Assembly: GCA_013239625.1 (NCBI GenBank)
Contig: MU054323.1
Location: forward strand, 7,367,220-7,431,219
Length of the DNA stretch: 64,000 nucleotides
Source: Lama guanicoe
Taxonomy: Eukaryota
Direction: 5' to 3'
Part shown: positions 13,653 to 26,441 of the stretch, piece by piece
Numbering within the stretch: position 1 is the stretch's first letter
How the letters are laid out: every line of letters begins with the position of its first letter
Notes under the pieces: generated by a model
Told to the model about the DNA's origin: nothing
Databases searched by the model: none
The model's input: the letters and a program-made list of their open reading frames with translations, nothing else
Position numbers and translations under genes: made by a program

Positions 13653-14744
13653 CTCTTTAACGATTATTTTATGACCCATATAGGGTAATACATTTTGATA
13701 GGGAAGAAATTAAACTATACCAGCCAGAAGCTGTCGGGGAGAAGAAAGGGTTACAATTTAGCTCTGTGTTAAATACCTTTTGGTGCCTCACTCAGTAATG
13801 ATATAGATTAAAACAGAAGTTCCAGTTCTAAAGCTTTATAGTCCTAGAAGTACGTGCTAAAAATGCTGTTGAGCTATGGAAAGCCATTAGGTTTAAATCT
13901 GAGCCTCACTGCTGAGCCATAGGCGGCTCCAGTTTCAACCTGTGACGTGGAGAGAGGAAATTTCTACCTATATCCACAGAGCAGAATGTCTAACCTCACA
14001 CCATAGTGAGGGAAGATGAGGAAAAAACTGTACTGATTCATGCTACAGACAGTCCCCTGGGACAGTGAGGACTAGAACATCAGCTTAGATCCTCAGCCAG
14101 AGAACTCCTAATACACGCACATGAGTGGCTTGACAGTGGCCGGCTTCAGAGCCCTGAGTCCAGCTTCTCATTTTGTAAGGATGGTCTCACACACAATCAA
14201 AGGTCACTGGCGGGAACCTTGTTATTTAATTTCCTGTCTGCTCAAGATCAGCTTTAAACTGACATGAGAAATAATATGCCAGCAGTGATCATTTCTGGTT
14301 CTTGGATTACACAGGAACCCACAAAATTAAAAAAAATGAAGTGTCTATTGGGAATGCTACTGCTGGCATTAAAATAAATATCCGTAATGTCTGCCCTGTT
14401 CTGAAAGGAGTTCTTGGGGAAGGAGTGGGCTGTTCCCGATTACATTCCTTGCTCTGAGCTGGCACATTCAGAGAGGGATCAGGAGATGCGAGTCTGGGTG
14501 GACTGCTAGAGGAAGTTCCCAGAAAGTGGTTTTAGCTGTAAAGCACATCTCTGGGATGTAGAGGGGTGAAGAAAAAGAGGAGGACATCGGTGCCAGCAAT
14601 GACAGGTGAGGATGCCCTGATCTGCAGGAGGGGTATGAACAATGGCAAGTGGACGAGACCGTCAGGAAAGAAGTGGGAGAAGGGAGCAGGAAGAACAGAA
14701 GTTTTCTCTCCTTCCCTCCAACACAACCTCACTCAGCCTCCCAC

Positions 14745-15110
14745 TGTGGTGGGCACTACCAGCATCTGCTTCTCTACTTCTTCCAAGCAAACTGGAGGAT
14801 TATACTTCCCCTCCCCCTTGAAGTTAAGTGGGGTCATGTGACCTGCTTTGGCCAATGAAATGGAGCAGAAGTGATGTGTGTCACTTCCTGGTAGAAGCAT
14901 TTAATGGCTGGGCTTGACTTTCCATCCTGGTCTTCCCCTGCTCTGCCCATGTGAATGTACCTATTGATACAAAAATGCCATAAGATCAAAGTAATAAATT
15001 ATGTGTGAATGAGGAAGCAAAGCCAAATAAAGCAAAGACAAAAACACACATTTTTGTTGCATTAAAGCCATCGAGATTGATGGGTTGGTGGCCTTTCCTG
15101 ACACCATACT
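14745..15110 (+). mobile_element. MaLR (older MLT1-type) LTR
   Basis: ggggtcatgtgacctgctttggccaatgaaatggagcagaagtgatgtgtgtcacttcc and ttgttgcattaaagcca motifs. Confidence 0.75.
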
Positions 15111-15285
15111 CTGTCTTCTCTCCCTCTTTCTGACAGTCTCTCTCCCTCACTCTTTTCCTGCCTCTTCCTCTCATTACCTATCCTTCTCCTTCCTTTCCTC
15201 CCTCCTTTACCCTTTGATTCCATTGCTCTCCTAACTGGAAATAATAGTAAGAAGAATGTTTTCTATTCCTCTTCTTAATCTAAAA

Positions 15286-16108
15286 CATGCATACATTTGC
15301 TTTTTGAATAAGAAATGAGTACATTTTTTGGATTACACATTTCATATTTCTCTCTTTTACAAAAAAGCCCTGAGGTAACTTAAAAATCAGCTTTAGTTTG
15401 TGTAAAAAGGGTATGCTTTGAAAATCTTACTATGTTATATAAACATATGGTGTTACTAGTGTGGATAGGCCCTCAACTGATTTTCCTGTGTGGGTTAGTG
15501 GCTATTAGGGAAAATACAAACAAACATAAACCTTCCCTAAACACCATGCAGCTTGGAAAAACCAGAGCTCCCTTTGGAGTTGGCTCTGAACAGGAAGTCA
15601 CTTACAGCATAATCAGTCACTCAGTTTTCACTGGTAACTTTGGTAAGAAGGCTACTGGAGCTGGAGCACCCAGAAGCCTGTTGGAGACTAAAGGATATTA
15701 AAGTTGTCAAAAGAACTACTCATCTTCATGCATAGTCATTTGCGACATAGTATTCAGCCCTGAGGTCACCCCCACCACCCTGAAAATTGTTTCAAGCAAT
15801 GAAAGTCACTCTAAACACAAAGCAGCAGAGAAGGTAAGCGCAGGAAAATGCAATTGTCGCCCGGCTAATCATGCATATTTAAATAAACACAAGGGATGTG
15901 TTCTCTGAAAACAAATTCAACAAGCTCTGGTTTCAAATAAGAACATGCTCGACTAGGTAAACATGACATGGCCTTGTAGGACATTTTACAACACCATGGA
16001 GAGAACTGCTGAGGGTTTTACACACAACCGATTCCGCAGAGAGCGTCTTGGTGCGGCGAGGGGAGGAGGAAGTATGTGACAGTTACATGAGGAAAAGAAG
16101 AGCATGCA
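15286..16108 (-). promoter_or_regulatory. Cluster of five UGCAUG (RBFOX) motifs downstream of the microexon
   Basis: catgca on + at 16103, 15870, 15727, 15545, 15286; function is inferred. Confidence 0.6.
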
Positions 16109-16149
16109 AAGGGAGCAGAGTCAGGAGGAGAATTGTGACGTTCACTTAC

Positions 16150-16170
16150 TGCCTGCTTTTGCTCTTCCTC
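16150..16170 (-). CDS. DTNB: DTNB 21-nt microexon, phase 0-0: EEEQKQA
   Basis: acacctgtag|GAGGAAGAGCAAAAGCAGGCA|gtaagt with a long upstream pyrimidine tract; EEEQKQA follows MKLLK in the long DTNB isoform as I recall it. Confidence 0.92.
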
Positions 16171-16593
16171 CTACAGGTGTTGAAGACGAAAAAAGGCAGA
16201 GGGAAAAAGGAAAGAGATTAATGCCCATCACCACAAACATTTGGAAAAAAATGATAGAATGGGGCAAACCAGGCCAGGCCCAGGGGTTCAGAGATCCAAG
16301 ACTCCGACCATCATCTGAGCACCATCAACTGGATCGAGCAAACGGCAGGCCTCTGCCCCATCCAGTTCATTAAACACGAACTTCTAGAGTCAGAAGGAAA
16401 GAATGTTATAAACCATCTTGTCCAACTTCCCCTTTTATACATGAAAAAGGCCTAGGCAGCCCTGACTCGCCCCAGGTCACATCCCTATTTAGGGTAAACT
16501 GAAAGCAGCAGCTCAACCATGACTCAAAGGCCCACCGATGGTTCTGTTTGACCATTCACATATCCACGTGTGTTTAGGTACAGCTCTCTAGGC

Positions 16594-16779
16594 CAGTGGT
16601 TCTCAAAGTGGGGAACACAGACCAGCAGCAGCAGCAGTACCTGGAATACTGCCTAAGATGCAAATTCTGCCCACCCCCCACCTCTCGCCACCTACGAAAT
16701 CAAAACCCTCCGGGTGTGGGTAGCACTGTTTCCTGAGCCTTTCAGCTTATTCTGAATCCTGCTCATTTGAGAACCACTG
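16594..16779. mobile_element. MER5A-like hAT MITE
   Basis: Perfect 14-bp terminal inverted repeats cagtggttctcaaa (16594-16607) / tttgagaaccactg (16766-16779). Confidence 0.9.
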
Positions 16780-19700
16780 CTTTTAAGAACTTGCTAGAAA
16801 CCGACAACTCCACCTGAACATAGACTCTCTTATTTAGTTCCCTGTCTTCTACTTTTGGAGCTTTTGGGCTGCTTTGTGGTTCTTTGCAAGGATGCACATG
16901 CGTCCCCTTCCCCCAGTAAACTGCAAACTGCTCCAAGACTCTAAATGGCTTTTCAAAGAGAATTCTCGACTTCAGTGCCTCGTTACTTCCACACAGGTTT
17001 GTTTAGTGCTTCTTACACGAAGGTAAGATATGGTCTCTGTCTTTCAGAGTCTCACAGTGACGGTGCTCAGAGCAGGTCCTTGCTAACTCTCAGTTCTCAG
17101 AAGGCACCTCTAGACTGAAGCATGAAGCACAATGAAGATGAAACAAACACTTCCGAGTTCTTCTCTCCTCAGTCCTGTTCTCCTCAGCTACTCTGTCTTT
17201 TAATGGGTCTCTTCGCTTCCTTTTTCTGTGCCTCATCATGAGTAACTGTGGCCAGAAGCCTCTGCTCTTTGCCCTGAATACATAAATCTAAAAGCTGTTG
17301 CAATGATTCTATTTAAATTGGATCCATCCGTGCAGACCATCTCTACTGAACATGTGTGTAGGAAGTCTTAGGATTGGGTAAGTGCTTCTCAGTCTGCAGA
17401 TCTGGGTGCAATGGCGAGAATGACTTCAGTAAAGCCAAGGAATTACAAAAGGGAGCAGGGAAGTCAAAATTTGGAGAAAGTAATTTTATCCCTGCAAGGG
17501 AGACATGCACTAGAAATTAAATGGGCACCAAGAAATCTCTTGAGGAGACTCCAACTCAGCACCAGAAGATGTTTTTCATAATCAAAGCCAGCTGCTAGAC
17601 GCTTGCCCAAACCTAAAATCACAGGCACCCAGGCAAAGAGGGCCCCGAGCACTAGCTGAGTTAGCTTAAGAAGTTAGCATCTTGTAGCTTCTGCGTCTGG
17701 TACGCACGGCTCCAGTCAGAAGGGGTGAGAGTTTCACAGGTGGGAAGCGATCGTCCTCCCTGGCCAGGCTTCCCTGTGGGGTAGAACACTTTTCTTCCAT
17801 TCACTAGGCAAACAGCCATAGAAGAGTTATTAAACAATTGAAAATGTGTTTTTATTGCTGGCGCTAAATGTTGAAATGGAAATTGAGATGGTGGGGGAGG
17901 GACAGGGCAATCCTGACCAGCTGGAATTGCATCTGCGATCCAAAGAGCAGGATGTAATTTCTTAGAACTGTTTCTAAGACATCTCCCTGCTTTCACTGTT
18001 TTCTCCAGGTTTGGTATTAGAGACAACACCGCTTTGGTTCAACAGAAGAGGGAAACTCAGAAAGCAATGTTTCATGTTTGAACATTTGAACTCTACTGTA
18101 TACAGTTTATCTGAGGACATGAAATCGTTATAATGTGCAGTAAACACGTGTCTGGTTAGGATGGGGAGAGCGGACAGGGCAGTGTTTTCAGGATGTAGAG
18201 GTCCCCCATGTGCACCGGGATTAGGAGAGGGTGGACTTTGGCAAAGTGTTACTTAGGATGGTGTTGTATAATCCAAACTCACAAAAGTTAATCAGATAAA
18301 GCTTTGAAGGCTCTGTCAACACAGTAAACAGGTCAGATATAAAGGCCTTAGAACCTTTGCATTATCAATTAGTCAGCTGGGGTCAGTAAACATTGACTGA
18401 TGACAAGGCATAGGAGCCCACTTGATTTAAAGGGGGTAATAATACCTTAATTATGAAGGGCAAACCTAGGACTGCTCAAGTCACCTAAAAACATGTGAGC
18501 CCCACCCACAGGGGGAATATTCGGCTAGGTGGCTGAAGAAATGCCACAGCCACTGTCGTCATCTATATAAAGACATGTTATGTTCAAAATCTCATTTGCA
18601 AATGAGGTTAAAATTCAAAACTACAGAATTCATCTGGTAAATGCATCTCAAAAGCAATAATGGACAAACAGAAAATGAGGCAGAAAAATATTGGGAACAG
18701 GATTTAGACACTAAAACACCAACACATAACTACTTCTAGACTAAATAAGAAGTTTGAGGTAGACATTATCCAAATACTCATTAATCAAAGGAAAAAATGT
18801 AAAGAAAAGATACGTTCTGAAACATGGATACCTGAGTGTCAGGTAATATGTCATTAGGGAAAAAAACCAACAATAAGAAGGTCCCTGATACTTCTTGGTG
18901 ACAGGGATTAAGTCTTAGTCACCATTGTACCTAAACATGACTCTCAGGAACTCAATACTTTTCTGGTTAAATAAACGTATGGTTAATTTTTACCTTGCCT
19001 TGTTCCCCAAAAAAGATCTAAGATTTTTGTTGAATGAATTAATAAACAATGGTGACACTCCATACGTACAGTTCTCTACATTATCGATTTTCAGATAAAT
19101 AGACAAACTACACAGTATTTCAATGAAGCAGTAAAATGAAAGGACTCCCTGTGAAATGGAAATTTACTGCGTGGTGTATTTTAATTCACGAGTACCCAAG
19201 ACCATGTGGCTCGACTGTCCATTTGACTAACTGCTTACAGCTGTTTTATGAGAGAATTAAATGCTAGCAGACTGAACATCAATGAAAGCAGGACAGTCCT
19301 TTGAAATTAAAATTAGGATTCTAAAGGGTACTTTTATTATGGACTGGGGAATGTATCTTTTAATAGTAGGAAAACAACTCTGAGATTTTAATAGAAGTCA
19401 GTGATTCCTATGATGACCTTCGCAGAGTGCATATAATACACAAATTAAGATTATGCTATAATCCTTTTAGGACACTAAAGGTCTGTGATTTTCAACTGTG
19501 AATTTTAATCAATGGATAACAAGACAGCATTCCTGGTTTGTTTGCAAAACTGTCTTCCCTTTCTGAATAACCTCAGCCTGTTGCGTAGGTGAATGATAAT
19601 GCATTTAACAACTTGGTTGGGGATCTTACAAAATAAGAGCAGAGGGGTCTTGCTTATTTTACTGAAATTGTAACTGTAAGACAACAGCTGGAAATATAAA

Positions 19701-21461
19701 GACACTCAGGGTGGGGATTAGAGTTCCAGGCATCAGCTCACTCGGCTTAGCCCTTGAATATGAGTATCAGAGGTACACGACAAGGTCATGGTAATGCACA
19801 CGGGGCTGAGCCAGGAACTCCAAGGAACACTGAGGGCAGCCAGCTGACGGGAAAGCTTACTGTAATACTTCGGGGAAATGCATTCTGACTTCCCTTCAGT
19901 TTGCATAAACCTTTGCCTTTACAAAAATCACCCTGGGGTACCTTCCCATCTCTGTTTAAGTAACATTTGAGAGCATCTTTCTGAAAAGGAGGTGAATCCC
20001 CTATGACCTTCTGTCCTACAAGTGGACTTAACCCCACAATGGCAGGGCTTTCAAAACCGTACGAGGCTCCAGATGTTACACAGGCCAAATGTACTTAAGC
20101 ATATTTCTGTTCTCTCGAGTGGGTGATTGGGTTGCTTAGCTGAATACTTGACAGCTATTAGAGGGATTTGGGTCAGGTTTTAGGCATAAGGTTTTCTTTA
20201 AACAAGACTCATTTAGACATAAAATATTTCTCAGGAGAAATCCTGCTAACAGGCTTAATGCAGAAACAGGTCCATGCAAAACAACTCAAATACCCAGGAC
20301 CAAAGCTAGAAAAAACGCAGCTCAAGACTAAAAGAAGTGATTGTTTTGAGCAAGTCAAAAGTCAGCTTAAAACACAAACACTCCATTTACCCAAAGTTGC
20401 TAATACCCACTGGCTTCATTATTAACGGACCGGTTTAGAATGGAGGAGTTGAAGGAAAGTCTTCAAGCTGACATGCGCCAGGCCTACCCCTCCTCGTCTA
20501 GATCCTTGTCACTGTGGGCCTGGATGAGCTCATTGCTCCTACTATTCTTTAGTTTCTCCTCTTCCTAACCTTTGTGCATATCTTCCTAAACTACTGCCTT
20601 CAAAACCTTTAATGACTCTACTTCATCACAGGATTAAATCCACTCCCTCAGCCCATAGTCCGCACTGTGTGATTTCCACTCTGGCTTCTAACTCTGGGTC
20701 ATACCATGAAATACAGTGAGTTCACAGTACAGACAGACCTTAGGGATGAACAGCATGAACACATGTGTCCTGGTATTCCTGCTTCCGAGTTGGGTAAATA
20801 TTTCTGTTCAGTGCCAGTCAAATTGTCCAGGTGAGGACATTTAAATGTCAAACATGCCTTTCTCTGCTCTAGGGTATAAGGGTTGTAATATATTTTTCAA
20901 TAAAAATAGTGAGACCTGAATTATTCCAGATTTATTCAAGCCCCAATACACCAAACCTAGAGTTATATGCTATCTTATTCCTCCGAATAGAGTAAAATTA
21001 TTGATCAGAGTTGGTTAGATTAGGTTGGTATGCCTCTGTAATACTTATTAAAATAGGACACAGTATTTGTTAAGTATTTAGGTAGAATATTTGAAAGCTT
21101 GCCTTAAAAGAAGCTTTACACAGTTGAGAAATATTCATTTATACTTAGCTCATATCCTATTTATAAACATTCTTATTTGCTCATAAAAGCAACTATTCAA
21201 GGACATTACTCTAGTACCAGTTACTAATTTTTTTTTTTTTTGTAATCAGGCTTTACACTAATTTAGATGAACTTTATAGTAAATTAGGCTAACTTCATGG
21301 AGGTTTACCTGAAAGTTGAGTCTCGGCAACAATATTTATTTAACCCTTTAGCCTCATCTTGTTCTGACATCACAGGGGAGGCAGACACTGAGCTAGGGGT
21401 GAAGATGGACAAGAGGAGCTGAGTGGTGGGAGGATGAGACCTGAGTAGCCGCTGTTCTTAC

Positions 21462-21558
21462 CTTCAGCAGCTTCATCAGCCCTTCCAGCTGGACCATCAG
21501 CTCCCGCCTGCTCTCCTGCAGCGCCGACATCCTCTGCTCCAGTTCATCTTTCCTCTGC
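21462..21558 (-). CDS. DTNB: DTNB coding exon, 97 nt, phase 2-0: [32 protein letters not shown]; coiled coil H2
   Basis: Acceptor ctctctgatag|GCAGAGG, donor CTGAAG|gtaaga. Confidence 0.96.
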
Positions 21559-21597
21559 CTATCAGAGAGGAGAAGCCCATCAGAAACGAAGAGATGG

Positions 21598-21699
21598 TCG
21601 GGGAGTGGGGGTAGAGCTCAGTGGCAGAGCGCATGCTTTGCATGCATGAGGTCCTGGGTTCAATGCCCAGTATCCATTAAAAAAAAAAGAAAGAAAGAA
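21598..21699 (+). mobile_element. tRNA-derived SINE (camelid Vic-1-like)
   Basis: A-box agctcagtgg, B-box ggttcaatgcc, A-rich tail; TSD AGAAACGAAGAGATGG (21582-21597) / AGAAATGAAGAAATGG (21700-21715). Confidence 0.88.
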
Positions 21700-22034
21700 A
21701 GAAATGAAGAAATGGAAGAATAGTTAGACCACAGAAAGATACTGTAAATTAAAAACATTAAAAAGCTGTTTGCAATGTGCCTATTGAATATTACAAAAGA
21801 AGAAAGAAATGAAGACAAAGGGATCCTCAAAGAAGAGCAGTTGAAGGCCGAGGGAAATGGGTTTCACATCTGATTCTGCTATGGACCAGTGTAGGAGATG
21901 CTGAGCAAGTCATTTAAGCTCCGATACAGGGTGCATAAAAGGGTGATTTTTGCTCACTTTCCTTTACTTTGTGAGACTAGTATGTAAAAATGCTTTGGAA
22001 AGCATACACTGCCATACAGAGAAAAAGTATTGTT

Positions 22035-22575
22035 TTTTTTTAACTTTTTTTATTGATATATAATCATTTTACAATGTTGTGTCAAATTCCAGTGTAGAGC
22101 ACAATTTTTCAGTTATACATGAAAATATATATATTCATTGTCACATTTTTTTCTCTGTGACCTACCATAAGATCTTGTGTATATTTCCCTGTGCTATACA
22201 GTATAATCTTGTTTATCTATTCTACAATTCTGAAATCCCGTCTATCCCTTCCCACCCTCTGCCCCCTTGGCAACCACAAGTTTGTATTCTATGTCTATGA
22301 GTCTGTTTCTGTTTTGTATTTATGCTTTGTTTGTTTGTTTTTGTTTTTGTTTTTTTTTAGATTCCACATATGAGCGATCTTTTTTTTTTTCCCTTTCTGG
22401 CTTACTTCACTTAGAATGACATAGCAGCACTATTTACAATAGCCAAGGCATGGAGACAGCCTAAATGTCCATCAACAGATGACTGGATAAAGAAGATGTG
22501 GTATATTTATACAATGGAATACTACTCAGCCATAAAAACAACATAACGCCATTTGCAGCAACATGGATGGTCCTG
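22035..22575 (-). mobile_element. Young L1 3' end with 5' inversion
   Basis: 22035-22420 antisense 3' end, 22421-22575 sense-oriented adjacent segment; TSD GAAAAAGTAYTGTT at 22021-22034 and 22576-22589. Confidence 0.92.
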
Positions 22576-23119
22576 GAAAAAGTACTGTTAATACTACTAA
22601 AGTGACTTAAAAAATTCTTTAGAAAGTCAAATAGTTCATTTATACATAAAACTAGCCCCAATTTAAATTAATAGTGGAAGAAATGTATAAAAACAGCTCA
22701 GGGGAAACAGGGTTCAGGAGTCTGTGCTTCCAGAACCATACATCAGGATCAAAAAGTGTGACAGACATCTGGATGACTGTGTCTGAGAGAATTCAGTTTC
22801 TCTGAGGACAGATTTCATGTCATCAATTCTAATTCAATCTGTCCAAAACCAAACTTAAGACATTCCTTTCCACCTGGTTCTCTTTCTCAGTTTCCCTGTC
22901 TCTCCTACTTTTTCTTATAGTTGTCATGGCTGGAAAACTCAGTCCTCTGATACTTCCCTGTTTATTTCCTATATTCAACCAATCACCCAGTTCAGGCAAT
23001 TCTTGGACATTCACATATCTTTCTATTTCTGCTTCTTGGGCTTGATTCAAGTGTTCCTTACCTCACACAAGCAATGGCCTCCTAGCTTCATTAATCCCGA
23101 TTTCATCTCTTATGGGCAG

Positions 23120-23320
23120 AAAGAAGCAGGAGACTATAAATCAAGAGATTGAGGCCCACCATTTTACTCAATATGCAACCTTGGACAAGTCACTCCATCT
23201 GTCTGAGCATCAATTTTTTCTTCTCTAAAATAAGACTAATAACAAGTAAAAGCAATATTTTGAGGATCAAATAAGAGAATGGATATGAAAGTGTTCTGTG
23301 AACTTTACAATGCTGCTCAA
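23120..23320 (+). mobile_element. MIR SINE
   Basis: caaccttggacaagtcactccatctgtctgagcatcaattttttcttctctaaaat ... tgaggatcaaataagagaatggatatgaaagtg. Confidence 0.7.
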
Positions 23321-23407
23321 AGGAAAGCTGTGTTCATTTCATCATCCCATGCAATAATCTCAATAGCAGAATTTCTAGCAACACCGGCTCGTCCTGCACA
23401 ATCTAGA

Positions 23408-23740
23408 CTCTGTTGTCCACTGTGTAGCCACTAGCCACAAATGACTACTGGGCACATGTCTGAACTGAGATGTGTTGTGAGTGTAACATACACACTGGAT
23501 CTTAAAAACTTAGTGTGAATAAAAAGAAAGTAAAACAGCTCGATAATTGTTCAATGTTTTTAATGATTAAACGTTGAAATGATAATATTTTGGATATGAC
23601 AGGTTATATAAAAGATATATATATATAAAGTGTTAATATTAATGACACCTATCTCCTTTTAGTTTTTCAACATGGTTGTTAGAAAATTTTTAGTATACAT
23701 ATGGCTCACATGACATTTCTACCAGAGAGTGCCGCTCCAG
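23408..23740. mobile_element. MER33-like hAT element
   Basis: tgtagccactagccac ... ctgaactgagatgtgttgtgagtgtaacatacacactggat ... atggctcacatgacatttcta. Confidence 0.7.
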
Positions 23741-24784
23741 ACCCCCCTACATTCTAATCCTTAGTTCCTCACTTCCTATTCCATTCCATGTCTGGACCTC
23801 TGGCCGTGGTTCATTTTCCCCTAAGTAGACCCCGTTTTACGACTCAAAGCTACTCCCGGACTCTCTTCCAAAGGTTATTCACTTCTTAGTGTCCATCCCA
23901 AACGTCACTCTTTCCAGGAAGCTACTCCTGACTCCTTCAGCAGGTATCAGATCCTGCTTAATTACAGAAATTGGTGCTTCTCTTTGGCACTTAATTTATT
24001 TTACCTTGTACTGCTGTCATTCCTACCATGACACAAAATCCTTGAGGTGAGGGGATGAGCCTTACTCATCTTTGCAGTTATTAAATGATTAAGAGAATAT
24101 CATGCATCCAGTGTGGACTCAATTAACATCTAGTGAACTTAACAAAACCATTATTTGAAGCCCTCCAAGGATTTCCAATGATGTATCACTTAAGGCTCTC
24201 CAGAATCTGGTTTCAATTATCTAACTAATTTAATCTCCTGTCATTGGCACTGTAAAGATTAATTCACTGGATGATTGAAACAATTTCTTAGCATCAAGAC
24301 TTGTTCCCCTCTCTGAAATATCTTACTTATTTGGGGGATATTGCCAAACTCCAGCTCCACTTCTAATCTGAAATGGTCTGTCCCACATTCCATTCAAACC
24401 ATACCTACCTTTTCATGGTCTAGCCCAAATTCTACTACCTCCATGGGTTTAACTGCTTCTGGCCTATGTATGTGTTTATATACATATATCTTTCCCTACT
24501 CAAATTTCTTTTAATATCCATACTATTTATTAACACTGCAAAATATTACTTAACTGATTATCAAATTATTTTACATTTTGTTTCTAAAGCTAGATTATAC
24601 ATTTTTAAGGTAGAATCATTGTCTTCTGGTCTTCATGCTCCCTAAATTTCCAGCATAGGCATAAACTCAATAAGGAGAAGTTGACTCATTCAATTTTCTA
24701 AAAAGCCTTTCTGAACTTCCAAGACTGAATGCAGTACTCTTTCTCCGTGCTGTGAGTGGTCAAATAATTATAATATGTGGCCAA

Positions 24785-25195
24785 AAATGAATGAACTACA
24801 GCTACATGCAACAACACGGAAGGACCCTAAAGAGTAATATTAAGGGGGAAAAAGTCCCAGAAGATGGCATACAATACCATTTTTATAAAGCTCAAAAAAC
24901 AAAAAGCAAAACTAGACACTGTATTATGTGGGCATACACCTACATTTGACAATCTTGTTTAAAAAGCAAGGGAATGATAAACCAAATTCTGGATGGAGGT
25001 TAGCTTTGGGGAGAAGTCGGAAGCAAAGAAGTGGGATAAGGGGGGCAGATATGCAGATGACATGGTTTAAGCAATATATGAGGTCTCAAGTAGGATGTGG
25101 GTTCCTGGGTGTTCACTTCATCATTATGCTTCAGATCTGACTCATTTGTCCCTTACATCATTATTATAACAAACATATCATTAAAAATCATAATA
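24785..25195 (+). mobile_element. Old L1 (L1M-type) 3' fragment
   Basis: aatgaatgaactacagctacatgcaacaacacgga ... ataccatttttataaagctcaaaaa. Confidence 0.7.
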
Positions 25196-26290
25196 AAGGA
25201 GAAAAGATAATCTTGGTGGCCAGGATTCATAACCACTAGCCCTAAGGATGAAACTCTCTTTTTTGCTTTATTACACTAGCTGGGTATTGGCAGTTTCAGG
25301 ATTCATATATACTGATCAAAACCAGAAGGATGTCAGAACCTACAAATGAATCTTGCCCTTTACATGTCTTATGATAAACAAAGGTTTGTACTATTAATAT
25401 AAGTGAATTCAACAATTTCTTTCATGGCTAGTAATTCTGAGAAATTATTTTCTATTCCAAAATCCTAAAGAAATTCTCCTGTGTTTTCTTCTAGGAGTTT
25501 TAACATTTTTGTCTCCATGTTTAATCCATCTGCTGGTGTTTTCTGCATATAGCCTGAGGAAGAGAGCCAATCTGTTTTGTCCTTATGCATGACCAATTAA
25601 TTGATCCAGCACACTTATTAAATAGTCCCTTTTTTTTTTCAGTGATATAGAAGCTGCTTTTGAGATTAAATACATTCTGATTTCTCAGGATTTAGACCTT
25701 CCTTGGACTTACGATTAAATTCCTGCTTTTTACTGCCTCATGTGACACTGCTGGATTCAGCCCTTTGGCTATGTAAATCTAGGATTTTTTTCAGATCCCT
25801 CCAGCATATGGAAGCACTTCAAGCATCCCAGTTTCAGCAATAGTTAGACTAAAGTATGACAGCTTTTTGCTTTTCTAGATATAAAACAGTCACTTGTGCC
25901 TGAGCACAAGGAAAGAAAACAGTGTATCTTATGCCACTAGCTTAGAGTTCCACTTTACCTGAGTCAGCAGCTTTTGCTTTCTCATCCTTCCTAGTGTGAC
26001 ACCAACTGTGCTGATACCCCAACTGTGTGACAGTGGACCCAGAGCAACCAAAATCTCAGCCCAACCAAAGTTAGAAACTAAAATGAACTTTTAGGAGAAT
26101 GGGCATTTCTGTATCTCTAATGATTTTCATCTACATAGTTTAAATTCTTTATGATTTCTTTATTAATGATGTAAATCTAAATATCAGGATAGTTATAGAA
26201 AAACAATGATCTCTATTCTCTAAGAAAAGAAATCATGGTTGGGATGCTAAATGACCTAAGCCAAAGGAAGAACTAAGAAAGAATATTCAG

Positions 26291-26441
26291 GGGGGAGGGT
26301 ATAGCTCAAGTGGTAGAGTGCATGCTAACCATGCACGAGGTCTTGGGTTCAAATCCCAAGTACCTCCTCTAAAAATAAATAAATGAATAAACCTAATTAC
26401 CTCCCCCCTCAAAAAAAAATCCAATAAAAAAGCCATAAAAA
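26291..26441 (+). mobile_element. tRNA-derived SINE (camelid Vic-1-like)
   Basis: gggggagggtatagctcaagtggtagagtgcatgc ... gggttcaaatccc; TSD AAAGAATATTCAG / AAAGGACATTCAG. Confidence 0.9.

Noticed and set aside
1..16149. Next DTNB exon (AQATGSPHTSP... in the human protein as I recall it)
   Set aside because: Not found by eye; presumably lies beyond the left end of the window
16141..16180. Perfect-looking plus-strand splice acceptor (pyrimidine tract + ctacag|gt) inside ORF 16104..16373
   Set aside because: It is the reverse complement of the purine-rich microexon; no independent evidence for an antisense gene
21598..21680. tRNA-like A/B boxes here and at 26291, 39743, 60139
   Set aside because: A-rich tails and TSDs show they are SINEs, not tRNA genes
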